The notes beneath the pieces were generated by a model. The model worked only from the letters and a program-made list of their open reading frames with translations. It was not told where the DNA came from and ran no database searches. Positions 1 to 10,522 of a stretch of 64,000 nucleotides of DNA are shown here, one piece after another. The translations under genes were made by a program, and so were the position numbers. Source of the DNA: Elusimicrobia bacterium CG1_02_56_21 (lineage in GTDB: Bacteria; Elusimicrobiota; Elusimicrobia; Elusimicrobiales; UBA9959); the NCBI GenBank assembly GCA_001871115.1, contig MNUR01000126.1, positions 10,057 through 74,056 on the forward strand, read 5' to 3'. How positions within the stretch are numbered: position 1 is the first letter of the stretch; each line of letters begins with the position of its first letter.

Positions 1-8
1 TTGAGGAA

Positions 9-17
9 TGGTATAAT
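9..17 (+). promoter_or_regulatory. candidate extended -10 promoter element (TGGTATAAT)
   Basis: TGGTATAAT read at 9-17, 20 nt upstream of the ATG at 37. AGAGG Shine-Dalgarno-like string at 25-29. Any -35 would lie off the window. Confidence 0.35.
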
Positions 18-36
18 TTATCCAGAGGTACACCAT

Positions 37-261
37 ATGAAAGACAAAATAACCGCAGTTATAGAGAGAATTAAACCCATGCTGGCGGCTGACGGCGGCT
101 CCGTAGAGCTTGTCGGAGTGGACGAGAAGACCGGGATAGTTACCGTAAGGCTTACGGGCGCCTGCGGCTGCTGCCCGCATTCCACCATGACGCTCAAGAA
201 CGTAGTAGAGCGCATGCTAAAGGAAGAAGTCGCGGAAGTTAAAGAAGTTGTTGTAGGCTAA
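37..261 (+). CDS. NifU-like (Nfu C-terminal domain) Fe-S cluster assembly protein
   Basis: ORF 1..261, trimmed to the ATG at 37 (MKDKITAVIERIKPMLAADGGSVELV...). TGACGCCPHS matches the GxCxxC motif of Nfu/NifU C-terminal domains. Confidence 0.8.
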   Translation: MKDKITAVIERIKPMLAADGGSVELVGVDEKTGIVTVRLTGACGCCPHSTMTLKNVVERMLKEEVAEVKEVVVG

Positions 262-353
262 ACCCGGAACAGCTTTTAAATCGCACGGATTAGGGAACGA
301 TTGCACAGATTTCCGGGCCGGTGTGACGGGCTTTGATCCGTGTAATTATTTGT

Positions 354-1163
354 ATGGCTCTGATCAATCTCCATAACCATTCCACTTTCTCCGACGGGAC
401 CCTGGCTCCCGCCGCGCTGGCCCGCGAAGCCGCGCGCGCCGGCATAACTTATTTCTCCCTTACGGACCACGATATGACCGGCGGCTGGGCCGAGATGGAG
501 CCCGCGCTCAAAGAAGCCGGGATCAAATACTGCTACGGGGTGGAGATTAGCACGGGGCAGTATGAGAACCTGCATATCCTGGGCTACGGCATAAACATCG
601 CCGACCCTGTACTCTCCGCCCTTCTCGCCGATTTCCGCGGCAGGCGCGTGATACGGATAAAAAACATACTCGGGCTCCTTAAAGACCTGGGCGTAGATAT
701 AGCTTATGAGGAACTGCCCGTGCCGGAGGGCCGTGCCGTGGGCCGGCCGCACGTGGCCGACGCTATGCGGGCCCGTAAAGTAGTTCCCAGCAGGAGCCAG
801 GCTTTCAAGCGCTACCTCGCCCCGGGAGCCCCCGCTTATGTCCCGCCCAACGGGCCCGCTATCGAGGAAGCTATCAGGGCGGTAAAGGACGCAGGCGGGA
901 AGGCCGTGCTGGCGCATCCCGGCGTAGTATCTAAAATAATGGACCTGGGCGCCTGGAAGGCGGCCGGTTTGGACGGGATAGAAGCTTTTTACCCCGCCCA
1001 TACAGGCGCCGCTACCCGGGACCTGGTCAGCCTGGCCGCGCGCCACGGCCTTTTTGTGACCGCCGGCTCGGATTTCCACGGCCCGGGCTCGGAGCGGGAC
1101 AAAATGTCCGGGTTCGAATATTCCGACGAGTATTTTTCCGAGATAAAGAAACTGTTTATATGA
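354..1163 (+). CDS. PHP-domain metal-dependent phosphoesterase
   Basis: ORF 333..1163. The ATG at 354 gives MALINLHNHSTFSDG, the PHP HxH motif. LTDHD and AHPG motifs occur further on. Confidence 0.75.
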   Translation: MALINLHNHSTFSDGTLAPAALAREAARAGITYFSLTDHDMTGGWAEMEPALKEAGIKYCYGVEISTGQYENLHILGYGINIADPVLSALLADFRGRRVIRIKNILGLLKDLGVDIAYEELPVPEGRAVGRPHVADAMRARKVVPSRSQAFKRYLAPGAPAYVPPNGPAIEEAIRAVKDAGGKAVLAHPGVVSKIMDLGAWKAAGLDGIEAFYPAHTGAATRDLVSLAARHGLFVTAGSDFHGPGSERDKMSGFEYSDEYFSEIKKLFI

Positions 1164-1897
1164 AGATAATCTCGCACCGCGGAGCCTCCGGCTACGCTCC
1201 GGAAAACACCCTGAAAGCTTTCCGGCTGGCGGTAGAGATGGGCTCTAAAGATTTTGAATTCGACGTGCACCAGACCAAGGACGGGATACTGGTGGCTCAC
1301 CATGATTTCGACCTGCTGCGCACCGCCGGCAAAGAGGCGGCTATAGCGGACCTGGATTATTCCGAACTGAAGAAGTTCAATGTCGCGGCCTATTTCAGGC
1401 CGGAGAAAGAGGCTCTTTGCGTCCCCCGCCTGGAAGAGGTCCTGGATATTGTGGGCCCGGGGAGCGACTGGCTAAATTTTGAAGTAAAGAACCACGGGAA
1501 CATCTACCCGGGCATAGAGCGCAAGGTCCTGGCTTTTCTAGAGAGCCAGCCCGGGCTTTTTGAGAAGTCGGTGGTTTCCAGTTTTGATTATGGGACGCTC
1601 AAGAGGTTCCGGGAACTTTCCCCCCGCCTCAAGCTGGGCTTTCTCGGCCACGGGCTGAGCACAATGCTGCTTCTGCCGGCTATCAAGAGGGCGAAGGCCA
1701 TTGGCGCCGTCAATTTTCACCTGGCTTTGCGCATCGCTTTTAAACTGAACGTGTCCCGCATTAAAAAGGCGGGGTTTAAGGTCTGCGTCTACACCGTCAA
1801 CGAGAAGAAAGACGCGCTGAAGATGAGCAGCATAGGCGTGGACGGGATCTTCAGCAATTACCCGGACATAATGGGAGAGTGGATTTTAAAAGGCTGA
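1160..1897 (+). CDS. glycerophosphodiester phosphodiesterase (GDPD family)
   Basis: N-terminus MKIISHRGASGYAPENTL and FEFDVHQTKDGILVAHHD are GDPD signatures. ATGA start/stop overlap with the upstream gene. Confidence 0.8.
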   Translation: MKIISHRGASGYAPENTLKAFRLAVEMGSKDFEFDVHQTKDGILVAHHDFDLLRTAGKEAAIADLDYSELKKFNVAAYFRPEKEALCVPRLEEVLDIVGPGSDWLNFEVKNHGNIYPGIERKVLAFLESQPGLFEKSVVSSFDYGTLKRFRELSPRLKLGFLGHGLSTMLLLPAIKRAKAIGAVNFHLALRIAFKLNVSRIKKAGFKVCVYTVNEKKDALKMSSIGVDGIFSNYPDIMGEWILKG

Positions 1898-1898
1898 T

Positions 1899-2906
<1,008 letters not shown>

Positions 2907-2924
2907 GGGCAGCCGGGAACAAAT

Positions 2925-2955
2925 AAAAAACCGCGGGTTTGTCCCGCGGTTTTTT
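2925..2955. terminator. bidirectional rho-independent terminator between nadA and nuoN
   Basis: Stem CCGCGGG (2931-2937) pairs with CCCGCGG (2943-2949) around a 5-nt loop. An A-run lies upstream and a T6-run downstream, between convergent genes. Confidence 0.7.
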
Positions 2956-2971
2956 ATTGCCTGAAACCGGC

Positions 2972-4399
2972 TCAGAGGTGGAAGGCGACGCAGCTTTTAA
3001 CAATCCGCATTACGGTTTCCGGAAGGATGCCGAGCAGGAGCGTGGCGGCGGCGGTGACGGCTATTACGCTGGCGGCGTAGATATCCGTTTCAACCGGGGA
3101 TTCGTCCTCGCTGCCGACGAAGAACATCCGGCGGGCTATGCCCATGTAGTAGTAAACGGAGATCACGCTGTTAAGTACGCCTAATATGGCCAGCCACAGG
3201 AATTGCTGCGTATTGACCGCTGAGGCGAAGACGTAGAACTTGCCCACGAAACCGGCCATGGGCGGGATGCCGGCGAGCGAGAGCAGGAACATCACCATTA
3301 CTATGGAGAGGCCCAGGGAGCGCTTTGACAGGCCGTTGTAGGCGTCGATCTCGTAAGAGCCCGTCTTCCCGGCCACTACCATCGCCACGGCGAAGGCGCC
3401 AATATTGGTTACCAGGTAGGCCAGCGAGTAGAACATGACGCTTTCACGGCCGATAGGGCCGGCGACCACGAGACCGATAAGGATATAACCGGCCTGCGCG
3501 ATGGACGAATAAGCGAGAAGTCTTTTGACATTAGTCTGGAACAGGGCGGTGAGGTTCCCCAGGGTCATTGTAAGAGCGGCCAGGATCGCTATCAGCATTG
3601 TAATATTTATTTCCTGGTGGGGAATTACCGAGGCGAATATCCGCATCATCGCGCCGAGAGCGGCCAGCTTGGAGGCTACCGACAGATAAGCGGTTACGGG
3701 AGTGGGCGCGCCTTCGTAAGCGTCAGGGGCCCAGAAATGGAAGGGGACCATTGAGACTTTGAAGCCGAAGCCGACGAGGATAAACAGCATGCCCATGATA
3801 TAAGCGGGGTCGCCTATATGGAGCTCTACGGCGGTGGCGTAGTTGAACAGGTTGGTGGTCCCGGTAGCGCCGTAGAACAGCGAAATGCCGTATATGGTTA
3901 CCGCGGTGGAAAGGCCGCCCATAAGGAAATACTTTATGGCGCCTTCAGCGGACCTGGGGTTCTTCTGCTCGAAACCGGTCAGGATAAAGCAGGAGATGCT
4001 TATAAGTTCCAGGGATATAAGCAGGTAGATAAAGTCCATCGCTCCGGACAGGAGCATCATTCCGCAGCTCGCCCAGAGCAGGAGGGCCGTATAGGTGCCT
4101 ATATGCCTGGCGCGGATACCGGTATAATTCACCGACAGCATCAGCGTGAAAACCGTGGCGACAAGCACGATGAATTTGAAAAACTGGGCGGCGGGGTCTA
4201 TCACCCACATAGTGCCCGTGCCATAACCGGCCATTAAGGCCTGGGTTATTATCATCCCGAGCACGGCTATAGTGCTGATGATCCCGAGATGGTAGAGCAG
4301 CTTTGCGCGGCTCTCGCAAATAAAGGCCCCGCTGAGCAGGATGAGCAGCCCCGCGCAGGCCAGTATTATTTCAGGGTTCAGTAGGAGGATGTTTGTCAT
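2972..4399 (-). CDS. nuoN: NADH-quinone oxidoreductase subunit N
   Basis: 475-aa polytopic antiporter-like protein. Last gene of the nuo cluster. Confidence 0.9.
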   Translation of the reverse strand: MTNILLLNPEIILACAGLLILLSGAFICESRAKLLYHLGIISTIAVLGMIITQALMAGYGTGTMWVIDPAAQFFKFIVLVATVFTLMLSVNYTGIRARHIGTYTALLLWASCGMMLLSGAMDFIYLLISLELISISCFILTGFEQKNPRSAEGAIKYFLMGGLSTAVTIYGISLFYGATGTTNLFNYATAVELHIGDPAYIMGMLFILVGFGFKVSMVPFHFWAPDAYEGAPTPVTAYLSVASKLAALGAMMRIFASVIPHQEINITMLIAILAALTMTLGNLTALFQTNVKRLLAYSSIAQAGYILIGLVVAGPIGRESVMFYSLAYLVTNIGAFAVAMVVAGKTGSYEIDAYNGLSKRSLGLSIVMVMFLLSLAGIPPMAGFVGKFYVFASAVNTQQFLWLAILGVLNSVISVYYYMGIARRMFFVGSEDESPVETDIYAASVIAVTAAATLLLGILPETVMRIVKSCVAFHL

Positions 4400-4405
4400 T
4401 GTTTG

Positions 4406-5866
4406 CTATTTCATTAAGCCGGCCAGGTAGGTAATAGTGGGGTTGATCCAGTCAAGGCAGACCCTGGGCCAGATTCCGATCGCCAGCGTAAGGACGGCCA
4501 GCGGGACTATGGCTATCAGCTCGCGCGCGTTCATGTCCTTTAAGCCGGCCCATTTCTCGTTGAAAGGCCCGAGGAAGACTTTCTCTATCATGCGCAGGAA
4601 GAAGGCGGCGGTTACGAGGATACCGATGGTGGAAACAGCCACATAATACGGCCATGATTCGAAAGCGCCGAGGAAACAGAGGAATTCTCCAACGAAGCCG
4701 GCCAGCCCGGGCAGTCCGAGGGAGGCCATAACCTGTATTATCATCAGGCCGGCGAAAATGGGGAACCGCGCTGCCAGGCCGCCGAAGGCGTCCATGTCGC
4801 GGGTATGGGCCCGGTCATAGATAACGCCAACCAGGAGGAACAATGAGCCCGTTATAAGGCCGTGGGTGATCATCTGAAGCACCGCGCCGTTGAAGCCGAT
4901 AGTGGTCATGGCCGTCATACCGAGCATGCAATAGCCCATGTGGTTAACAGAGGAGTAGGCCACCATTTTCTTGAGGTCTTTCTGGGCCATGGCGCAGAAA
5001 GCGCCGTAGACTATATTTATCACGGCTATTATTATAAGGAAAGGCAGGAACCATTTGGTCGCGGCAGGCAGCGTGGGGAAAGATACGCGCATTATGCCGT
5101 AGGTTCCCATCTTGAGCATGATACCGGCCAGGATCACGCTGACGCCGGTGGGCGCTTCAACGTGGGCGAGCGGCAGCCAGGTATGGAAGGGGAAGGCCGG
5201 GATCTTTATGGCGAAACCGAGGTAGAGGGCCAGGAAGATCCAGATCTGCATGTTCAGCGGGAGCAGGCTTCCCTGCCGGGCCAGCTCGATCATGTTGAAC
5301 GTATGAGGGGCCGAGTTGAAATAAAGCGCGAGTATGCCCAGGAGCATGAACAGGCTGCCGAATAAAGTATAGACGAAGAATTTTATGGCGGCGTATTCTT
5401 TTTTAGGACCGCCCCAGACTCCGATAAGGAAGTACATAGGGACCAGGGTGAGCTCCCAGAACACGTAGAAAAGGAAGAAGTCGAGCGAAACGAAAACGCC
5501 CAGCATGCCGGCCTCGAGCAGGAGGAACCAGAAGAAGAACTCTTTTACCCTGAGGGTTATATTGAGGGAGTAGATCAGGGAAACCAGGGTGAGCAGGGCG
5601 GTAAGGATAACGAGGGCCACGGAAAGGCCGTCCACGCCTACGAAATAATTGATATTGAAAGCCGGGATCCAGGAGAGCTGTTCAATGAATTGCATTCCGG
5701 CGGTGGTTTTGTCGAAGGCGGCGTAAAGGTAGCCGGTCAGGGCCAGGCAGACGGAGCTTACGGCGATGCCGAATCCCTGTATGGCTTTTATTTTTGTTTT
5801 CGGGATGGCGAGTATCGCCAATGCTCCTGCCAGCGGTACGAAAACGATTAGGGACAATAGTGACAT
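4406..5866 (-). CDS. nuoM: NADH-quinone oxidoreductase subunit M
   Basis: 486-aa antiporter-like membrane protein (ND4-like), placed between nuoL and nuoN. Confidence 0.9.
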   Translation of the reverse strand: MSLLSLIVFVPLAGALAILAIPKTKIKAIQGFGIAVSSVCLALTGYLYAAFDKTTAGMQFIEQLSWIPAFNINYFVGVDGLSVALVILTALLTLVSLIYSLNITLRVKEFFFWFLLLEAGMLGVFVSLDFFLFYVFWELTLVPMYFLIGVWGGPKKEYAAIKFFVYTLFGSLFMLLGILALYFNSAPHTFNMIELARQGSLLPLNMQIWIFLALYLGFAIKIPAFPFHTWLPLAHVEAPTGVSVILAGIMLKMGTYGIMRVSFPTLPAATKWFLPFLIIIAVINIVYGAFCAMAQKDLKKMVAYSSVNHMGYCMLGMTAMTTIGFNGAVLQMITHGLITGSLFLLVGVIYDRAHTRDMDAFGGLAARFPIFAGLMIIQVMASLGLPGLAGFVGEFLCFLGAFESWPYYVAVSTIGILVTAAFFLRMIEKVFLGPFNEKWAGLKDMNARELIAIVPLAVLTLAIGIWPRVCLDWINPTITYLAGLMK

Positions 5867-5921
5867 GTTTAAGTTCTCCTAGCTTATTGCTGCCTTAATA
5901 TGGTCAATGGCCGGCTGCGGC

Positions 5922-7859
5922 CTAGCCTGCAAACGCTATCGCCGCAAAAATTGAAACGGCGACAGCTACGAAAAGAAGATAGTTCTGTATGATGCCGGTC
6001 TGCGCCAGCCGGGCAGCCCTGCCCGAGTAAAGGGTTATCGTGCCGAAGGCGTCCACGGCCGCGTCCACGATATAGGTGTCTATCCACCCCTGGATCTTGC
6101 CGAGCTTTATGGTCAGCCAGCCCCAGCCGTCTATGGCTATCTGGTCCAGGAAGTTGAAATCGACGCTGAACAGGACAACGCTGAGTGAGTCCGCCCAGGC
6201 TACTATTTTCAGGAAGAAAGCGTCCAGCCAGTAGCGCTTCTCCAGCATGTTTACTATCGGGGAGAACTTTTCCCTGAGCAGGGCGGGGATATCGGGCCGG
6301 GATTTATAAAGCCAGAGTCCGAAGACCATTGAGAACACGGCCACCAGCGAGGAAACCAGCGCCACCGTGCTGTGGGAGACATGGTGCAGCTCAAAAGGGA
6401 GAGCGCCTTCAAAGTTAACCAGGTGCTCGAATATTTCGTGCCGGGTCAGGGCCCAGCCGGAGATCACGGAAACGATACCCAGGAACATCAGCGGGATGGT
6501 CATCACCAGCGGGTTTTCGTGCGCGTGGTCGTGTTTATGCGCGTCTTTCGGCTTCCCGTGAAAAGTCATTACGAGGGCGCGGGCCATATAGAAAGCCGTC
6601 ATCGCGGCGGCCATTGCGCCCAGGGCGAATAAAAAAGGGCTGCGCGACAGCGCGGCTACAAGCACTTCGTCCTTTGAGAAGAAGCCGGCGAAAGGAGGGA
6701 TACCGCAGAGGGCCAGGGTCCCGAGCAGGAAGGTCACGTAGGTTATGGGCATTTTATGGCGCAGCGCGCCCATTTCGCGCATATCGTTGGTGTGTACAGC
6801 GTGGATCACCGAGCCGGCCGCGAGGAAGAGCAGGGCTTTGAAATAGGCGTGGGTGGTGAGGTGGAACATCCCGGCGGTAAACCCGCCGGCGCCCAGAGCG
6901 AGCATCATATAGCCCAACTGCGAGACGGTGGAGAAAGCCAGTACGCGCTTAAGGTCAAAGCAGGTAAGCGCCAGCGAGGCGGCCATGAAAGCGGTGATAG
7001 CTCCGGTCCAGGCCACTACGTCCATCGCTATAGGGGAGAGCGTGTAAACCGAGTAGAGCCTGGCTACCATGTAAACACCGGCCGCGACCATAGTGGCGGC
7101 GTGGATAAGGGCCGAGACAGGAGAAGGACCTTCCATCGCGTCGGGGAGCCAGATAAAAAGAGGGAACTGGGCCGATTTGCCGGCGGCGCCCAAAAACATA
7201 AGGATACCGGCGAGGCCGGCCAGGGCAACGGGGATGAGCCCGTTCTGGGCTTTTTCCATTATTGCGGATATCTCGAAGGTTCCGGCTGCGTAGAACAGGG
7301 TGAGCAACCCCAACAGGAAACCCAGGTCTCCGAGCTTGGTGGTTATGAACGCTTTTTTGCCGGCATAGGCCGCCGACTGTTTTTCGAACCAGAAGCCGAT
7401 GAGGAGGTAGGAGCAGACGCCTACCAGTTCCCAGCCCATAAAGAACACCAGCATGCTGCTGGTGAGGGTGACGCAGAGCATGGAGCCGGTGAAAATGGAA
7501 AGGTAGGCGTAGTACCGCTTGAAGCGGGGGTCGCCGTGCATATAGCCGGTGGAGTAGATCTGGACGAGGAGGCTGACGGTGGTGACCACCAGGAGCATGG
7601 CCAGGGTCAGGCCGTCAACGTATACGCCCAGGGAAAGCTGGTGCGCCCCTACGCTGAACCAGGGGATGGACGCCTCGTAAGGAAGGGCGATGCTGCCCCT
7701 GACGGCTTTTACAAACAGCATGGCCGCCTGGATAAAGCCCCAGGCCGCCACGGCTATGCCGGCGGAAGCGCCTTTTATAGGCAGCCATTTGCCGACGGCG
7801 AAGATCACTCCGGCGACGGCGAAACTCAGCAGCGGCAGTATGAAAACGTATTCCAGCAT
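5922..7859 (-). CDS. nuoL: NADH-quinone oxidoreductase subunit L
   Basis: 645-aa ND5-like membrane protein with a long C-terminal extension. Canonical position after nuoK. Confidence 0.9.
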   Translation of the reverse strand: MLEYVFILPLLSFAVAGVIFAVGKWLPIKGASAGIAVAAWGFIQAAMLFVKAVRGSIALPYEASIPWFSVGAHQLSLGVYVDGLTLAMLLVVTTVSLLVQIYSTGYMHGDPRFKRYYAYLSIFTGSMLCVTLTSSMLVFFMGWELVGVCSYLLIGFWFEKQSAAYAGKKAFITTKLGDLGFLLGLLTLFYAAGTFEISAIMEKAQNGLIPVALAGLAGILMFLGAAGKSAQFPLFIWLPDAMEGPSPVSALIHAATMVAAGVYMVARLYSVYTLSPIAMDVVAWTGAITAFMAASLALTCFDLKRVLAFSTVSQLGYMMLALGAGGFTAGMFHLTTHAYFKALLFLAAGSVIHAVHTNDMREMGALRHKMPITYVTFLLGTLALCGIPPFAGFFSKDEVLVAALSRSPFLFALGAMAAAMTAFYMARALVMTFHGKPKDAHKHDHAHENPLVMTIPLMFLGIVSVISGWALTRHEIFEHLVNFEGALPFELHHVSHSTVALVSSLVAVFSMVFGLWLYKSRPDIPALLREKFSPIVNMLEKRYWLDAFFLKIVAWADSLSVVLFSVDFNFLDQIAIDGWGWLTIKLGKIQGWIDTYIVDAAVDAFGTITLYSGRAARLAQTGIIQNYLLFVAVAVSIFAAIAFAG

Positions 7860-7896
7860 TTAAAATTCTCCGGTTCTGCTTTATTCCGAGTTGCGA

Positions 7897-8202
7897 TCAT
7901 CCTTTAAGGATATTGTACTTTTCAACGTAAACGGTCTTGAGGTTCTTGTAAATAGCCATTACCAGCGCCAGGCCCACAACCACTTCCGCGGCGGCCAGCG
8001 TGATAATGAAGATAACCGTAACCTGGCCAAGGTGCTGGCCGGGGTAAAGAAAGCGGTTGAAGGCGGCGAAATTTATATTCGCGGCGTTCAGCATCAGCTC
8101 TATCGACATGAGTATCCCGATTATATTGCGCCGGGTCAGCACGCCGAAAAGCCCGATAGTGAAAAGGATCCCTGAAACAGCGAGGTAATGGGAGAGCATC
8201 AT
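7897..8202 (-). CDS. nuoK: NADH-quinone oxidoreductase subunit K
   Basis: 101-aa protein with 3 TM helices, ND4L-like. 4-nt overlap with nuoJ. Confidence 0.9.
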   Translation of the reverse strand: MMLSHYLAVSGILFTIGLFGVLTRRNIIGILMSIELMLNAANINFAAFNRFLYPGQHLGQVTVIFIITLAAAEVVVGLALVMAIYKNLKTVYVEKYNILKG

Positions 8203-8690
8203 TCGGCCTTCCTCCTACCGAACAGTACGGCCCCGGTCATTGAGGCCAGGAGCACTACGGAAACAAGTTCAAAAGGTACGGCGTAATCTCCCAGCAGCGC
8301 CCCGGCCATGGCCCGGATAGTGGGATGAGGGGCGGTGGTGGCTATTATGCCGGAGAAGTACCTGGTTATTTTGTCGAAGGACCAGGAGAACGCGGCGCAG
8401 ATGAGCAGCGCGGGGAGCCAGGCGTCGTTGATCTGGCGGGTTGTAAGGTCTGCTTTTGTCCCGGCCAGGAGCACCACGAAAAGTATCAGGACGGCGATGC
8501 CGCCGACATAGACAAGTATCTGGGCGGCGAAGATGAAATCCGCGCCCAGCGCGGCGAACAGCCCGGCGACTCCGGCCAGGCAGAGGCCGAGGCAGAGGGC
8601 GCTGTGCATGACTCCGGGCAGCAGGACTACCCCCAGGGCCGAAAAGAGTACAACCGCCGTCAGCATGTAAAATATTATTTGTTCTGTCAT
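8199..8690 (-). CDS. nuoJ: NADH-quinone oxidoreductase subunit J
   Basis: 163-aa ND6-like membrane protein. Overlaps nuoI and nuoK by 4 nt each. Confidence 0.85.
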   Translation of the reverse strand: MTEQIIFYMLTAVVLFSALGVVLLPGVMHSALCLGLCLAGVAGLFAALGADFIFAAQILVYVGGIAVLILFVVLLAGTKADLTTRQINDAWLPALLICAAFSWSFDKITRYFSGIIATTAPHPTIRAMAGALLGDYAVPFELVSVVLLASMTGAVLFGRRKAE

Positions 8691-9238
8691 TTTCTTGCCG
8701 GTACGCTCTGGATATGCAGCTGGTCCGCTACCGGGCCGTACTGGCCGTCAGCGGTATTGCGCGAGGTCCCCCAAAGACCGTCCCCGGGTTTCCATTTGCG
8801 GACCATTTCTTCCCTGGTGCTGAATACAGCCTCATAGTCCAGGGAATGCCAGAGCGCCTTCCGGGGTTTGGTGGGGCAGGACTCTTCGCAGAGCCCGCAG
8901 AAATTGCATCTTCCGTAATCTATGGTGTACCAGTCTATCTTTGGACCTACCCTGACAGCCGGGGCCGCGGGCCGGCCTTCCACGGGGGCCGGGGCCGGAA
9001 CCGGAGCCGCCTTGGCGAGGGCGATGCACTTGGAGGGGCAGGCCCTCACGCACATCCCGCAGGCTATGCAGGTCTGCGCGTCGTAGGCCAGCATGCCCCT
9101 GAACCGGGCATAAGGGACTATCTTCTCGGTGGGGTACTGCACCGTAATGGAGGGCAGGAACAGGACTTTGAGGGTGACCCAGAGCCCTTTAAGGGTGTTC
9201 CAGAAAGCGTCGAATACGAAAGAAAGGTATTTCGTCAT
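8687..9238 (-). CDS. nuoI: NADH-quinone oxidoreductase subunit I (2x[4Fe-4S])
   Basis: Two ferredoxin motifs, CIACGMCVRACP and CNFCGLCEESCP. Confidence 0.9.
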   Translation of the reverse strand: MTKYLSFVFDAFWNTLKGLWVTLKVLFLPSITVQYPTEKIVPYARFRGMLAYDAQTCIACGMCVRACPSKCIALAKAAPVPAPAPVEGRPAAPAVRVGPKIDWYTIDYGRCNFCGLCEESCPTKPRKALWHSLDYEAVFSTREEMVRKWKPGDGLWGTSRNTADGQYGPVADQLHIQSVPARK

Positions 9239-10509
9239 GATAGAAACCAGATCAGGAGACCGGCGGCCGCTATGTTAAGCAGGCTGACGGGCAGCAGAAA
9301 CTTCCAATTGAAATCCATAAGGCGGTCCACCCGGAAACGCGGGAAGGTCCACCTGAACCAGAGGAAGCAGAACATCAGGATCAGGACTTTCCCCAGGAAC
9401 CAGGCCCAGCTGGGCAGGAAATCCAGGAAAGGCAGCGGAGCAGCGCCGCCGCCGAAGAAGAAGGAGGCCATCAGCAGGCAGGAGAGCAGCACGTACGCGA
9501 ATTCGCTGAGGAAGAAAAGCGCGAATTTCATGCCGGAATATTCGGTGTTGAAGCCTGCAACCAGTTCGGATTCCGCTTCCGGTATGTCGAAAGGGATGCG
9601 GTTGGTTTCGGCGACGGAAGCTATAAGGAAAACTATGAAAGCGATCTGCCCGACTACGGGGTAAAAGATGAGCCAGCGCGGGATTATGCCGCCCCAGTAA
9701 CCCGCCTGCAGCCCCGCAATAGCGGAAATATTGAGCGTGCCGGCCAGCATAATAACGGGCACCACAGCGAAAGTCCGGGGCAGCTCGTATGAAACCAGCT
9801 GGGCCGCGGAGCGCAACCCGCCCAGCAGGGAGAATTTGTTGCCGCTGGACCAGCCGGCCATTATGATCCCCACTACGGAAACGCCGCCCACGGCGAACAC
9901 GTACAGGGTTCCTATATCTATGTCGGCGTAAACGAGTTCATTGCCGAAAGGCACAGGGGCGAAAGCCAGGATCGCGGGAATTACGACTACCACGGGGGCC
10001 ATCATGTGCACGAATTTATCGGCGGTTTCGGGGATGATGTCTTCTTTAAGTAAAAGCTTGAGGCCGTCGGCTACGGTCTGCAGCGCGCCGTGCCACCAGC
10101 CCACGTACATCGGGCCCATCCGGGACTGGATATGCGCGGAGATCTTGCGCTCCCACCAGACCGCGAACAGCGCATTGACCAGCGGGGCGGCGAGCAGAAT
10201 TGCGCCCTTTATGAAAGTCCACAGGACCGAGATGATAAAAGCCGGGACGCCTTTGGAGAGGGCGAACTGTTCGGCCGCGGAATAGAGGGGGGCTACCCTG
10301 GGGCCGGCTTCGCCCAGGAACCAGGCCGCTCCCGCGATGCCGGTTATGAGCCCGGCAAGTACCGCCGCGCCGCGCCTGTAGGTGGGCAGGCTCCACGGGC
10401 TTTTCCACATCTGAGTGGGCCAGTAGCGGGTTTCCGGCATGAGCAGCCTGCCGTTGGAGTGGTTGAAAACCGGTTCGGAAAGCTTTGGCTGTATTGTTTC
10501 TTCAGTCAT
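9235..10509 (-). CDS. nuoH: NADH-quinone oxidoreductase subunit H, with N-terminal extension
   Basis: 424 aa. The ND1 signature WWERKISAHIQSRMGP begins only near residue 118. Confidence 0.9.
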   Translation of the reverse strand: MTEETIQPKLSEPVFNHSNGRLLMPETRYWPTQMWKSPWSLPTYRRGAAVLAGLITGIAGAAWFLGEAGPRVAPLYSAAEQFALSKGVPAFIISVLWTFIKGAILLAAPLVNALFAVWWERKISAHIQSRMGPMYVGWWHGALQTVADGLKLLLKEDIIPETADKFVHMMAPVVVVIPAILAFAPVPFGNELVYADIDIGTLYVFAVGGVSVVGIIMAGWSSGNKFSLLGGLRSAAQLVSYELPRTFAVVPVIMLAGTLNISAIAGLQAGYWGGIIPRWLIFYPVVGQIAFIVFLIASVAETNRIPFDIPEAESELVAGFNTEYSGMKFALFFLSEFAYVLLSCLLMASFFFGGGAAPLPFLDFLPSWAWFLGKVLILMFCFLWFRWTFPRFRVDRLMDFNWKFLLPVSLLNIAAAGLLIWFLS

Positions 10510-10522
10510 GGTATTGCTTGGC

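Noticed and set aside
276-1079. Long antisense ORF (267 aa, minus strand) overlapping the PHP gene. Comparable long antisense or out-of-frame ORFs:
- 6756..7907 (+)
- 10439..11644 (+)
- 13651..14757 (+)
- 23376..24074 (-)
- 29676..31262 (-)
- 32773..33696 (-)
- 32858..33835 (-)
- 35506..36351 (-)
- 40781..41590 (-)
- 60434..62119 (+)
   Set aside because: Each lies opposite or out of frame to a gene with clear family motifs. Their translations are Arg/Gly/Pro/Ala-rich low-complexity strings, typical of stop-poor alternative frames in GC-rich DNA. None has a recognisable domain.
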